Assembly (NCBI GenBank): GCA_016839765.1
Contig: JAEOTP010000015.1
Coordinates: 32,001-96,000, forward strand
Reading direction: 5' to 3'
DNA: 64,000 nt
From: Promethearchaeota archaeon
Lineage (GTDB): Archaea > Asgardarchaeota > Lokiarchaeia > Sigyniarchaeales > SOKP01
Shown: positions 46,878 to 58,011 of the stretch, piece after piece
Numbering within the stretch: position 1 is the stretch's first letter
Layout: each line of letters begins with the position of its first letter
Notes under the pieces: model-generated
Seen by the model: only the letters and a program-made list of their open reading frames with translations
Told to the model about the DNA's origin: nothing
The model's database searches: none
Made by a program: the position numbers and the translations under genes

Positions 46878-49286
46878 TTATCCAATAAAACAAGATAAAT
46901 TTCTTTGGTTAGATTTTTTCTTATAATCTCGCTTTAACAATTCCTCAAGTTCAGGAAATTTGAAAGGAAAAATATTTTCGAAAGCTCTCTTTAATAATTC
47001 AACGTACTTCTTTTGATCGTATTGATGTATCTTTTCATCATAGAGATCAGAGAGAATAACCTTCCGTTCAGGGAAATCAGGATCGGCCTCTGCATTAAGA
47101 ATAATATATCGTACATTTTTTCCAGGGGTTGCGATAATACCAGAATCTTCTAATTGTCTGGCAGCTACAGCTTGATAGGAGTTTACTTTATATGCTGATG
47201 GCTTACGAGAGATTCTTTGTTTGATTGTAAGCTCTTGGCGAGATATTTTCCCGGAATAGACTCTATCAGTATATTCATAGAGTTTTCTTTTTGCCCTTGG
47301 AATCCTTTTTATAAACTCATCAACGGTTTGAGCGCCTTTGAATACATCAATAAAGGCACATTGGGCATCTTTCACAATAGTGGGCATATCTCTGCGCCGA
47401 ACTTCGATACCCCTAACTTTAATCTCTCCTGTACTTTTTATGCCCCAATAATGACTAAGAGCAGGAATATCTGGTTCAGCTCTAGAGGGAAGAAATACAA
47501 TAATATTATATCTACCTTCCCAGCTCATTGGAATGCTTGTATGTTCCGATATTCTATCTGCAATTTTTTTAGTAATATCCTCAAATTCCTCTGGTGATTT
47601 TCCCTTTGTATCTTGAAGCCATATGGAATCAACAATACCATGAATGATTTTGCAACTGTATGCTTCGGCAATTTCAGCTGCACGCATAAGAAATTCGCGT
47701 GCAAATGCACAAACGGTTTGATGAGCTTCAATTTTACCGAAGCGGGCATTTTTAAATCCTAAATATCCAAAACTTACAACAAGCACCCATTTTAAGGCAA
47801 TATCGGTAAATTTATAGCGAAGATTTCCTGTTTTTCGAACATATTCCTTATATTGCAACCTTTTTCTTAGAGGAAGTTTTATTGATTTTGAGATTATTCC
47901 TTCTCTTTTTGAGCAGATATGAAAATCCAATCCTGGTACTTTCATCCCTGTTCCATCATCTTTGCAGCATTTACAATTGAGAGTTTCAGAAGAAATATTA
48001 TAATTGGCCATTATGGATGGATACATTGAAGAGAAATCTAACTCTACGACATTATCAAAAACACCAATTATCGGTTCAAAGATGTGACCCCCACGATCAC
48101 TTCTTATTAAATCCATTGCTGAATTAAATCCCTCAGGACTTTTTTTGAATGGAGCAATCAAATGATCAAGTTTATAAGCATTGTAGTATTGAATCGACTG
48201 TAGTGCGCCTCCAATTGTTATTCGAGATAATCTTTGTAATGATACTCGCGAAATACGGGCAACTTCAACAACACCCGGGATATTTCCTTCTGTAAAATGA
48301 AGGCTTGCATATGAGGCAGTATCTAAATGGAGCCTCCCAGCAAAATATACTTGCGTTTTCGAACGATGGAATATGATTCCGTATGACATATAATGATTTG
48401 CCCCTCCTGAGAGATTAAAAATGCATTTTTCCAATGGTATTCGATCTCGAGAAAAATAAAGCTTCCTTGATACACCATGTATTGAAGCTCGCGCTGCTAG
48501 ATATGGAAACATGAATTCATCCCCATTTTGTGTGAGAATTATATCAGGATCAAGTTTTTCGATGGCTTTACTTAATAGTTCTAAATTTTCCGCTTCATCT
48601 CTTCGACTTATAACATATGTTCGTTTTTTATACCCATCTGCGCGCGGAACATTGTTCTCATCATTTTCAACCATGCTAATCTCAATATGATCAATCGGAT
48701 CATTGTAATACGGCCTTATTCCTTGATGTTTTACTTTGACATCAATCCATACAGCCTTTAGAGGAGGTAAATCATAGAATAGTTTTTCATTGTCATCTTT
48801 CAACTCTAGCGAGACAAGCCTTGTTATACTGCCCTTTCTATTCCGATACTTTTCAACTCTCACTCTAAACTGAGAGAAAGACATTGGAAACAAGTCATTA
48901 ACGTAGTAATACATTTGAGCAATAGGAAGATCGGTATTATACAAAGTAAATAGATCGATTTCATCAATTTCTTGAATTGCTTTCTTAAATACTGAAGGCT
49001 TTATCGCTGAAACTCCAAGAATTTTTGTCTTTTTATGATCCTCGAGGCGAACATATTTCTCACAAATTCTCACTTTATTGACGTTGTGATTTTGTTGAAG
49101 GATATGTTTTAACCTTTCAAGATCATTACCTACGCTTATCTTTGGTACTGCAAAGAACTCTGGATGGAATATTTCATAAATTTTCAGAACCTTTTGCTCT
49201 TTGGTAGGTTTTACCCAAAGAATTACTCCATCTCTAAATGTAGAAACATCTAAAAGCCAGCCATCAAATTTTTTTCTTGAATTCAA
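46878..49286 (-). CDS. polB2: Family B DNA polymerase, PolB2 type
   Basis: DFSSMYPS, CKCC, LKWVLVVSFGYLGF, motif C GIVDS instead of GDTDS, degenerate exonuclease. Confidence 0.9.
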   Translation of the reverse strand: MNSRKKFDGWLLDVSTFRDGVILWVKPTKEQKVLKIYEIFHPEFFAVPKISVGNDLERLKHILQQNHNVNKVRICEKYVRLEDHKKTKILGVSAIKPSVFKKAIQEIDEIDLFTLYNTDLPIAQMYYYVNDLFPMSFSQFRVRVEKYRNRKGSITRLVSLELKDDNEKLFYDLPPLKAVWIDVKVKHQGIRPYYNDPIDHIEISMVENDENNVPRADGYKKRTYVISRRDEAENLELLSKAIEKLDPDIILTQNGDEFMFPYLAARASIHGVSRKLYFSRDRIPLEKCIFNLSGGANHYMSYGIIFHRSKTQVYFAGRLHLDTASYASLHFTEGNIPGVVEVARISRVSLQRLSRITIGGALQSIQYYNAYKLDHLIAPFKKSPEGFNSAMDLIRSDRGGHIFEPIIGVFDNVVELDFSSMYPSIMANYNISSETLNCKCCKDDGTGMKVPGLDFHICSKREGIISKSIKLPLRKRLQYKEYVRKTGNLRYKFTDIALKWVLVVSFGYLGFKNARFGKIEAHQTVCAFAREFLMRAAEIAEAYSCKIIHGIVDSIWLQDTKGKSPEEFEDITKKIADRISEHTSIPMSWEGRYNIIVFLPSRAEPDIPALSHYWGIKSTGEIKVRGIEVRRRDMPTIVKDAQCAFIDVFKGAQTVDEFIKRIPRAKRKLYEYTDRVYSGKISRQELTIKQRISRKPSAYKVNSYQAVAARQLEDSGIIATPGKNVRYIILNAEADPDFPERKVILSDLYDEKIHQYDQKKYVELLKRAFENIFPFKFPELEELLKRDYKKKSNQRNLSCFIG

Positions 49287-49561
49287 CTTTCAATCTTATT
49301 ACTTATTTCTTCCTCTAATTCTGTTATTCTACTCTCCAAAAGCTCAATCTTTTTCTCTTGTTCTATGGCGAAGGAAATAAAAAGAATCTCTGAAAGGATA
49401 GGGCGTCCAGCTAAGCTGCCAGCATCAGCATGGATTCGTGCATAATTCATCAGTTTGTCAAAAAATCTTCGCTCTTCTGGTCGAAGAGCACGTTTGAAAT
49501 CTTTCCAACTCTCAATTTCGTGTTCAAGTGCAGGTCGGAATGAAGGTACAGTTCTACCCAT
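49283..49561 (-). CDS. Small PolB2-associated helical protein
   Basis: MGRTVPSFR N-terminus; stop overlaps the polB2 start (TTGA). Confidence 0.8.
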   Translation of the reverse strand: MGRTVPSFRPALEHEIESWKDFKRALRPEERRFFDKLMNYARIHADAGSLAGRPILSEILFISFAIEQEKKIELLESRITELEEEISNKIES

Positions 49562-49761
49562 TTTTTTTTAACCAAAACTTTGTTTTAAATCCCTAGAAGT
49601 GAAGGAATTCGGATAATTAAAAAGAAGATACATCAAGTGTTTTCTGATTTTTAACTTAACTGTTAAAATGAGAAGAATTAAATGATATATAGATCTTCTT
49701 TACATGATAATGCGGCAAAACTTCTAAAAAGAAAGTAATAAATAGTTTGTTAATATCTAAT

Positions 49762-50250
49762 TTATCCTAATTCTGCACCGCACGCCCCACAAAATTTTTC
49801 TATTCCCCTCAGTGGCGTTCCACAATGTGGGCAATATTCCTTTTGTTCACCGACGGTAGGTTCCGATTCTGTTGGTTGTGGTTCCGTAGGAGGTTGTGCT
49901 TCAAGTTCTTTACTAGAAATTTCATTATAAACAGAATTCCAAATTTTATAGAAGGGCAGTTTATTTTTATGAGTGGGACAAGAGCATCTGATTAAGCTCC
50001 AAGGCCCTTTTACTTTCACATAATCTGCTATAGCTTCTTGTCCGCATTTATAACAACGAAAAACAGCATCACGAATATACGGCATAAATTCGTCTTTTTT
50101 CATTAAAGGAACTACATATTTTCGTCCTCCATGTGTTGGACATCTTTGTTTTATTAGGATTTGAGATCCAGTAACTTTTAAAAGAAATATGGCACCTATA
50201 GTTCCACAATGAGGACAACTAAACATTTTACTATAATCTTGTTGAGTCAT
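49762..50250 (-). CDS. Multi zinc-ribbon protein
   Basis: CPHC..CPTH, CYKC..CPTH, CPHC..CGAC. Confidence 0.8.
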   Translation of the reverse strand: MTQQDYSKMFSCPHCGTIGAIFLLKVTGSQILIKQRCPTHGGRKYVVPLMKKDEFMPYIRDAVFRCYKCGQEAIADYVKVKGPWSLIRCSCPTHKNKLPFYKIWNSVYNEISSKELEAQPPTEPQPTESEPTVGEQKEYCPHCGTPLRGIEKFCGACGAELG

Positions 50251-50403
50251 TAAATTTCCTCTCTAATATTAATTTTTTATGAAAAATGAGATATTAATCA
50301 CTTAAATTTTTATTGTTTTAAAATCGAAGATAAAATTTTGAAAAATTGAAAAATTTTTTATAAAATTTGATACAATTAACTACTAAAGTAAATCTGGAAA
50401 AAA

Positions 50404-50838
50404 ATGAATGGGAGATATTGTTATATGTCTGTTTATCGCGAGCCACATGCTCCGTGCGGGATTTTCTGCCCTCAATGCCCTGGAGTAAAAATTTTCAATT
50501 GCAAAGGCTGTAGAGAGCAAAAAGGTCAAATAAAGGATTTTCCTGTATGTAAAACCTATGAATGTGTTACAAGCAGGGGCTTTACTTTCTGCTATGAATG
50601 TGAAGATTTTCCGTGTGAAAAGTTACAACCTATAGTTAATTTTGAGATATTTTTACCTCATAATTCAAAGATTTATAATTTACTTATGATAAAAAAGTTA
50701 GGAATTTCAAAATGGAATGAAGTTTGTGAAGAAAAATCGGATTTATACTATAAAGGGCGAAAAATTCACTATGGCGGTGATCCTTTAACTCTTGAGGAAA
50801 AAGACCCAAATATGTATAAAAAGAAGAATAATAAATAA
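50404..50838 (+). CDS. DUF3795-like Cys-rich protein
   Basis: APCGIFCPQC, CKGCR, FCYECEDFPC. Confidence 0.8.
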   Translation: MNGRYCYMSVYREPHAPCGIFCPQCPGVKIFNCKGCREQKGQIKDFPVCKTYECVTSRGFTFCYECEDFPCEKLQPIVNFEIFLPHNSKIYNLLMIKKLGISKWNEVCEEKSDLYYKGRKIHYGGDPLTLEEKDPNMYKKKNNK

Positions 50839-50865
50839 GTTTGGGGGAATAGTGAGGATTTTATC

Positions 50866-51660
50866 TTAAGAGAACCAACAATCTAAAGTTTTAGTTCTTG
50901 TAGCATTTGCAAGACTCTTCTTAGGTTTTCGAGGTCTCCATTTCAAAAGGCGTCTTTCTGGTAAAAATGGATGCTGAACAATAATATATTCTACATATCG
51001 TTCCTCATCATTTATAAGTACCAATACATTTCCAAAATGGGATAAAATTTTCCCTCCTTTAGGGCGAAATGAGCTGCATTCGTTTAAAGGAGCAGTTATT
51101 ACTATTAATGGTTTAGTTTTTTGAAGTATCTTTTTGATACCATTTATAGCTTTTAACAAATCTTCAAAGGTTTGTTTTTCATAACTTTGAAACAATGTAG
51201 TAATCCCTGAGATTAAAACAACTTTAACTTGTTTGAGTTTAGAAAGTCTGTGTTCTAAAAGCTCGATCATTTGATCCCAGGTAAAGGCTCGGGCAATCAA
51301 GATATTTTCTAAAACTAAGCGAGGCGATAAATTTTGGGAAACCGCGAATTTGCTCACATTATAAGGATTGAAGCGATTATTTCCATCAATAAAAGCTACC
51401 TTTACTTCTTCTCCTCCTAAACCCCCGTATGCATATGATTTCTGTGATATGACCGCTGTTGTTAGCAGAATGTTAGTAGTCACTTTTTTATCCCCGTAAA
51501 GGAGATAAACTAGATTTTTATGAAACCCCTCTCCTCCCAATAACTCATCTAGCGTTGAATCTCCACTTGAAACGAGTGGAATTTCCCGATTTTTCCTGTA
51601 AAAATTGAACCCCGAATTAAATGAATGAAATGACATCAGATGCAATATTTTTTTCTTCAA
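50866..51660 (-). CDS. Inactive RadA/RecA-fold protein (PolB2 cassette component)
   Basis: SGDSTLDELLGG, FIDGNNRFNPY, IARAFT; Walker A degenerate (YGDKKVTT). Confidence 0.85.
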   Translation of the reverse strand: MKKKILHLMSFHSFNSGFNFYRKNREIPLVSSGDSTLDELLGGEGFHKNLVYLLYGDKKVTTNILLTTAVISQKSYAYGGLGGEEVKVAFIDGNNRFNPYNVSKFAVSQNLSPRLVLENILIARAFTWDQMIELLEHRLSKLKQVKVVLISGITTLFQSYEKQTFEDLLKAINGIKKILQKTKPLIVITAPLNECSSFRPKGGKILSHFGNVLVLINDEERYVEYIIVQHPFLPERRLLKWRPRKPKKSLANATRTKTLDCWFS

Positions 51661-51948
51661 AAAAAAGTTGGGTTACTCCGACAATTTTCTAAATTCTACT
51701 TTTTTGTTTTGATTTAAATGGAAAGGATTGCATTTGCTAGAAACTTGATTATTATTAAAAGAAAAAATGGTATAGAGACAGAGAGAGGTCATTAAAAGTA
51801 AAAATTATTATTTTTGATGAAAAATTTCTATTTAATTTTTAAAATGCGAAATAAAAAGGTGTTAAAAGTTTTTAACTGAGGGTAACAATAATAATATTTA
51901 GCACTTCTTGATCATTTAAATTTTATATTTTAAAGGTGTGAAATCAAA

Positions 51949-53676
51949 ATGGAAATAAAAATGGAAAGTCCTTATTCGAGTAGATTCTGGAAAAAAAGTT
52001 GGGATCCTGGATTGGATGATATTGATCCTAAGGAATTTGAAACAACATATCCTGCAATGATAAGAGAAGCGTTTAAAGAGTTTCCAGACAAAATGGCTTT
52101 AGAGTTTCTAGGAGTTGAATTGACTTTTAGAGAATTAGACGAATATTCCAATCAATTTGCTAATATGCTAATAGATCATGGTTTTAAGAAAGGCGACGTC
52201 GTGGGTATAAATTTACCTAATACACCCCAATATATAATTGCTTTAGTTGGAACACTAAAAGCAGGTTGTATTATTTCGGGGGTATCACCGCTACTTTCTG
52301 CAGTTCAGATCCAATATCAAATTAATGATTTGGGATCGGGAGGAAAGCAAGTTGCATTGATAACTCTTGATGCCATCTTTGCAGGACATATTATTAAAAT
52401 TGCTAATAAAATGCCCCAATTAAAATTGGTAATTACTACTAATGTAGCAAGCTTTTTACCTAAAATTAAACAAGTTTTGGGTAAAGCTTTAGGGAAAGTT
52501 CCCAAAGGAAAGGTTACTCCTTTAGAAGGCAAAACTGTCCTTGATCTTCATAAAGATGTCTTTGGAAAATATTCTACTGATCCTGTGAATGTTGATATAA
52601 AAACTGATGACATTGGATGGATTCAATACACTGGCGGAACTACGGGGCCCCCAAAGGGTGCAGTATTAACCCATAGAAATTGTATTTCCAATATGAAAAG
52701 TATAATTGCGTGGCTTCAATGGGAACGGGGTAAAGGCATTTTATGTAGTGGTTTTCCTTACTTTCACATTGCAGGTTTAACAGTTTGTGAAAGCTCTCTT
52801 TGCGCTGGATTTGGGCAATTAGTAATTCCAAATCCAAGAGACACTGATCATATAATAAAAGTGATGAAAAAATATCACCCAACAAATTTAGTAAACGTTC
52901 CCTCATTATATCAACTGCTTATAAAGAATCCTAAATTTAGAGAAATAGACCATTCAGAGTTAGGAACTTGTATTTCAGCAGCATCTCCTTTCCCTAAGGA
53001 ATCTCAAATTAAACTAGAGAGTATTATTGGAGAGAGAAAGCTGTTAGAGCTTTATGGAATGACTGAATTATCACCTGTTGTAACAATGAACCCTTCCTTA
53101 GGTAGGAAAAAATTAGGTACTGTTGGAGTACCATTTTTGAACGTAGAACTTAAAATTGTTGACCCTGATACAGGAGAAGAAGTTGCATTAGGAGAACCTG
53201 GAGAAATATGTGTTCGCGGGCCTTTAGTGATGCGAGAGTACTATAATAAGCCTGAAGAGACTAAGAAAGCAATCGATGTTGACGGTTACATGCATACTGG
53301 TGATGTCGGATTTATGGATAAGGATGGTTTTATTAAAATCGTTGATCGTACTAAGGACATGTTAATTGTCGGTGGTTTTAAGGTTTTCTCCTCTAAAGTT
53401 GAAGATACTTTATCGAAACATCCAGCAATTGGCATGATCGCCCTTATTGGAGAGCCAAACCCTGATCGCCCTGGTTCTGAGATAGTAAATGCTCATATAC
53501 AGATTGATCCTGCATATCCTTATGATGGTGATGAAGGCAAACTAAAACAAGATATTCTAGCATTTGCCAAGGAACATTGTGCTCCGTATGAGGTGCCAAA
53601 AAAAATTCATATTTTGACAGACATTCCATTAACAGCAATAGGAAAAATTGATAAGAAAGTTCTGCGTCAACAGTAA
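51949..53676 (+). CDS. Long-chain fatty acid-CoA ligase
   Basis: YTGGTTGPPKG, YGMTE, TGD, GKIDKK. Confidence 0.92.
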   Translation: MEIKMESPYSSRFWKKSWDPGLDDIDPKEFETTYPAMIREAFKEFPDKMALEFLGVELTFRELDEYSNQFANMLIDHGFKKGDVVGINLPNTPQYIIALVGTLKAGCIISGVSPLLSAVQIQYQINDLGSGGKQVALITLDAIFAGHIIKIANKMPQLKLVITTNVASFLPKIKQVLGKALGKVPKGKVTPLEGKTVLDLHKDVFGKYSTDPVNVDIKTDDIGWIQYTGGTTGPPKGAVLTHRNCISNMKSIIAWLQWERGKGILCSGFPYFHIAGLTVCESSLCAGFGQLVIPNPRDTDHIIKVMKKYHPTNLVNVPSLYQLLIKNPKFREIDHSELGTCISAASPFPKESQIKLESIIGERKLLELYGMTELSPVVTMNPSLGRKKLGTVGVPFLNVELKIVDPDTGEEVALGEPGEICVRGPLVMREYYNKPEETKKAIDVDGYMHTGDVGFMDKDGFIKIVDRTKDMLIVGGFKVFSSKVEDTLSKHPAIGMIALIGEPNPDRPGSEIVNAHIQIDPAYPYDGDEGKLKQDILAFAKEHCAPYEVPKKIHILTDIPLTAIGKIDKKVLRQQ

Positions 53677-53853
53677 GAGCTACTAACTACTATAATATCA
53701 ATTTTTTTAAATCAAATTTTATATTTTTTTTTACTATTAAGTAAAATTTTTAATCATTTTAATAAACATTTTTAATGGAATACAGCCTAAATAATATCAA
53801 ATTAAAATTCGGAAAAATAATAATATAATCAAAAATATAAACGTGAATTTAAA

Positions 53854-55572
53854 ATGGAAAGTCCCTATACAAGTCGTTTCTGGAAAAAGAATTGGGATGA
53901 GAATCTCTCGGATTTAGATCCTAATATATTTGAGACCTCATATACTGAAGCAATTAAAGATACTATTGACAAATTCTCAGATAAAATGGCTTTTGCATAT
54001 CAAGGATTAGAAATCAGCTTTGGCGAAGTAGATACATATTCAAATCAATTTGCTAATATGTTAATTGAGAATGGTTTTAAAAGAGGAGATGTCGTTGGAA
54101 TTAATTTAGCAAATATTCCTGAATATGCTTATGCCCTTATTGGAACATTAAAGGCAGGATGCATTGTTTCAGGGGTAAGTCCATTAATGTCAGATGTACA
54201 AATGCACTATCAAATAAATGATTTAGGATCTGGAGGAAAAAATGTAGCTTTAGTAACTCTTGATGCAATTTTCGAACATAGATTAAAAAAAATAGCTGAC
54301 AAATTACCTCAACTTAAAGTTGTTATAGCCACCAGTGTTATTGGTTCATTTGATAAAGAATCACGAGAAAAAGTAAGAGCTGTTAGGGAAATACCTTATG
54401 GCGAAGTTACTCCCTTAGAAGGCAAAGTTGTTTTGGATTTTCAAGATGATGTTTTAGCGAAATATTCTTCTGATCCTCCTAATGTTGATGTTTCCCCAGA
54501 TGATATCGCATTCATTCAATATACAGGAGGAACAACCGGTCCTCCTAAAGGAGCTGTGTTAACTCACAGGAATTGTGTATCAGATTTACTTATTGTACAA
54601 AGATGGCTTAACTGGCAGAAAGGTAGGGGTGTTGCATTATCTGGTTTTCCCTTTTTTCACATTGCAGGAACTTTCTTCTTAGAAAATTGTATTTATCTAG
54701 GTTGGAGTCAAGTTTTAATTGCTAATCCTCGCGATGCATTACATATATGCAATGAAATAAAAAAATACCAACCAACTGCCTTAGTAAATGTACCATCTTT
54801 ATATCAAATTTTAATAAATTTCCGTAAATTCAAGAGATTAGATCATTCTAAGCTAGAAGTCTGTATTTCTGCTGCCTCTCCATTTCCTGTAGAATCCCAA
54901 AAAGCCTTGGAAAGTATAGTTGGTGAAAGAAAGTTATTGGAAGTTTATGGCATGACTGAATGCTCACCCTTAACAACCATGAACCCAATGTGGGGCAAAA
55001 GAAAATTAGGATCAATCGGCTTACCATTATTAAATACAGAATTAAAACTGATTAATCCTGAAACTGGTGATGAAGTACCTCTAGGAGAGGCTGGTGAAAT
55101 ATGTGTTAGAGGCCCTATGGTAATGAAAGGATATCATAATAAACCCGAAGAGACTAAAAAAGCCATTGATGAAGAAGGTTTTATGCATACTGGAGATATA
55201 GCAGTGATGGATGAAAATGGATATTTAAAAATAGTCGACCGAACAAAAGATATGATTATAGTCAGCGGTTTTAAGGTTTTTTCTGCTAAAGTAGAAGATA
55301 CTTTATCCAAACACCCTGCAATAGGCATGATTGCTTTAATTGGTGAACCTAATCCGGATCGCCCTGGTTCTGAAATTGTAAATGCCTATATTCAAGTCGA
55401 TCCAGAATATACTTATGATGAAGATGAAGAAAAATTAAAAGAAAGTATTCTCGCCTTTGCTAAGGAACATTGTGCTCCGTATGAAGTACCTAAGAAAATT
55501 CATATTAAGAAAGATCTCCCATTAACAGTAGTAGGCAAAATTGATAAGAAAATTTTAAGAGCGGAAAAGTAA
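53854..55572 (+). CDS. Long-chain fatty acid-CoA ligase (tandem paralog)
   Basis: Same ANL motifs; colinear with the upstream paralog. Confidence 0.92.
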   Translation: MESPYTSRFWKKNWDENLSDLDPNIFETSYTEAIKDTIDKFSDKMAFAYQGLEISFGEVDTYSNQFANMLIENGFKRGDVVGINLANIPEYAYALIGTLKAGCIVSGVSPLMSDVQMHYQINDLGSGGKNVALVTLDAIFEHRLKKIADKLPQLKVVIATSVIGSFDKESREKVRAVREIPYGEVTPLEGKVVLDFQDDVLAKYSSDPPNVDVSPDDIAFIQYTGGTTGPPKGAVLTHRNCVSDLLIVQRWLNWQKGRGVALSGFPFFHIAGTFFLENCIYLGWSQVLIANPRDALHICNEIKKYQPTALVNVPSLYQILINFRKFKRLDHSKLEVCISAASPFPVESQKALESIVGERKLLEVYGMTECSPLTTMNPMWGKRKLGSIGLPLLNTELKLINPETGDEVPLGEAGEICVRGPMVMKGYHNKPEETKKAIDEEGFMHTGDIAVMDENGYLKIVDRTKDMIIVSGFKVFSAKVEDTLSKHPAIGMIALIGEPNPDRPGSEIVNAYIQVDPEYTYDEDEEKLKESILAFAKEHCAPYEVPKKIHIKKDLPLTVVGKIDKKILRAEK

Positions 55573-55634
55573 AGTCTTTTCTTTTTAAAATATATTCATT
55601 TTTTTTTCTTTTTATTGATAAAAATTAAATATTT

Positions 55635-56414
55635 TTAATTCGATACTTTAAGGTTCTTTTCAACAATTTCAATTATTCTGGGAAGGATGTCTCCAATTTT
55701 TTCATGGATGACTATCTCAGCATAATCGTCCATATCAGTTTGCTGAATATTAATAATGGCTAATTTTGCCCCAGCAGATAAAGCTTTACGGGGATAAAAA
55801 GCAACTGGATATATTAAAAGACTACTTCCTAGTACAATTAAAAGATCACATGCTTCAATCATCTCATCCGCTCGCATAAGAGTCTCAGAATGTAATGGTT
55901 CTCCAAAAAAAATCGCATTAGGTTTTAATAACCCCCCACAAACTTCACAAGAAGGTGAATAAAATCCTTTTAATACTTGATTGATCATTGTAGTGATTGG
56001 ATATACTTCTTTACACCTCATACATATTGCTTCATTTACAGTTCCATGAAGTTCTACAATATTGTTTGTATGTGCTTTATGATGAAGCCCATCAATATTT
56101 TGCGTTAGTATTCCTTCTAACTTTCCTAATTTTTGAAGTTTTGTTAATGCTCTATGTCCTTTATTAGGTTTTGCCCTAAATATATTCATTCCCATCTCTA
56201 ACATGAATTTAAGATTCTTTTGAGTATCAGATACATAGGAGTGAATACTTGCAAACTCATTTGGGTCTACTTTTTCCCATAAACCAGTACCAGGGCTTCG
56301 AAAATCGGCAATTCCAGATTCAGTACTCATTCCTGCACCAGTTAAAACTACAATGTTTTTAGCAGCAATAATGAGTTGAGCAAATTTCCTAATATCTTCA
56401 TCTAAATCATTCAT
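55635..56414 (-). CDS. cobB: Sir2/CobB NAD-dependent deacylase
   Basis: TGAGMSTESGIADFR, TQNIDGLH, ELHG, two CxxC, FFGE. Confidence 0.93.
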   Translation of the reverse strand: MNDLDEDIRKFAQLIIAAKNIVVLTGAGMSTESGIADFRSPGTGLWEKVDPNEFASIHSYVSDTQKNLKFMLEMGMNIFRAKPNKGHRALTKLQKLGKLEGILTQNIDGLHHKAHTNNIVELHGTVNEAICMRCKEVYPITTMINQVLKGFYSPSCEVCGGLLKPNAIFFGEPLHSETLMRADEMIEACDLLIVLGSSLLIYPVAFYPRKALSAGAKLAIINIQQTDMDDYAEIVIHEKIGDILPRIIEIVEKNLKVSN

Positions 56415-56606
56415 CTATTTATTTTCCCCTAATTCATTTTAAAATTACGAAAAAAATAGAAAAAATATTTAATATTATTATTTTTATTTATTGATTATAA
56501 TATATATTATTATAATTCATCAAGTTATAACTTAATTATTATTTAAGCAATATATCTATTAGTTTTAAAGGGGAATTAAGAAAAATTTAAGAGGAATTAT
56601 TCGGAA

Positions 56607-57167
56607 ATGGTGAACGGGCAAATTTCATCGATAAAATCTTATATATATAAAATCTGTGTTGTTGGGAATGGAGGTGTAGGTAAAACTTCTTTGGTTTTAC
56701 GCTATTGTGAGAATACTTTCAAAGAGAATTATATCATGACCATTGGGTCTAATTTCTCAACTAAAACTGTTGACTTACAAGATTACCCGCAGTTCCAAGT
56801 CAAGTTACAGATTTGGGACCTCGCTGGACAGAAGCATTTCAGCTTTGTGCGCCCCCCATTTTATCGTGGAGCTACAGGGATTATTTATGTATTCGATTTG
56901 ACGCGTAGATCATCATTTTCCGATTTAATTGAATGGAAAGCTGAAGTAGAAAAAGTAGTCACTCAAAAACCTACTTTATTAATTGGAAATAAACTTGATT
57001 TAGCCAATGAAGGTAATAGAGAAGTTTCAGAACAAGAAGGAGATTCTTTAAAATCTGAAATGGGTGCAAGAAGATATTTCGAAACCAGTGCTAAACAAGG
57101 AAACTCCATTGAAGGAGTATTTAAGCTTTTAACCTTAGAAATTTTGAAAACATCTGGCAAAATTTAA
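56607..57167 (+). CDS. Rab-like small GTPase
   Basis: GNGGVGKT, TIG, KLQIWDLAGQ, FYRGA, GNKLD, ETSAK; no prenylation Cys. Confidence 0.93.
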   Translation: MVNGQISSIKSYIYKICVVGNGGVGKTSLVLRYCENTFKENYIMTIGSNFSTKTVDLQDYPQFQVKLQIWDLAGQKHFSFVRPPFYRGATGIIYVFDLTRRSSFSDLIEWKAEVEKVVTQKPTLLIGNKLDLANEGNREVSEQEGDSLKSEMGARRYFETSAKQGNSIEGVFKLLTLEILKTSGKI

Positions 57168-57250
57168 TTTTTAATGTTCTATAATCATTAAATTAAAATT
57201 GAGTATTATATTTTTAAAATTAATTATTTAAATAATTTTAGGTTTATATT

Positions 57251-57967
57251 ATGTTTGGCGGAGGTCAAGTTAAATATGATCGCGCGCTTACTGTTTTTAG
57301 TCCAGAGGGGCGCTTATTCCAGGTAGAATATGCTCTAGAAGCAGTTAGGCGTGGAACTCTTGCTGTAGCTGTGAAATCTAAAGAGGGTGTGTGCCTTGCA
57401 GCTCAAATTAAGATACCATCTAATTTAATGGATGCAGATTCGATTGATAAATTATTTCAAGTTGATGAGCATATTGGAGTAGCTATTTCAGGATTACATG
57501 CCGATTCTCGAATGTTAATTAATTATGCTCGTGTACAAGCACAGTCTTTTCGTTTAACTTATGATGAGCCTGTTCGGCTTAATATGCTGGTAAAGACCTT
57601 AGCAGATATCAAGCAACAGTATACACAATTTGGAGGTATAAGACCATTCGGATGCGCTCTTTTCTTTATTGCTATTGATGCTGGAGGTACTCAGATTTAT
57701 ACAACCTCTCCAAGTGGAATTTATCGTGCATTCAAGTCCTATGCATTAGGAAGTGGAGAATCAACAGCAAGGGAATACCTCACTCAGAACTATAAGGAAG
57801 GATTAACTTTTGATGAAGTGGTAAAATTAACGCTTAATACTTTAAAGGAATCTATCGATGAAGAAGCTACAAAAGAAAATATTCGAGTAGCTTACGTTAA
57901 ATCAGAAGATAATACATTTCACATGTGCTCTAAAGAAGAGGTTGAGAAATTTTTACTCGAATTATAA
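57251..57967 (+). CDS. psmA: Proteasome alpha subunit
   Basis: YDRALTVFSPEGRLFQVEYA, RPFG. Confidence 0.96.
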   Translation: MFGGGQVKYDRALTVFSPEGRLFQVEYALEAVRRGTLAVAVKSKEGVCLAAQIKIPSNLMDADSIDKLFQVDEHIGVAISGLHADSRMLINYARVQAQSFRLTYDEPVRLNMLVKTLADIKQQYTQFGGIRPFGCALFFIAIDAGGTQIYTTSPSGIYRAFKSYALGSGESTAREYLTQNYKEGLTFDEVVKLTLNTLKESIDEEATKENIRVAYVKSEDNTFHMCSKEEVEKFLLEL

Positions 57968-58011
57968 AAAAAAAATTTAAATTTAAGTATTTAAAAAAAT
58001 ACCTAAATATT

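Noticed and set aside
51673-51792. 39-aa in-frame uORF before the RadA-like gene
   Set aside because: Low-complexity AT-rich sequence with no supporting signals
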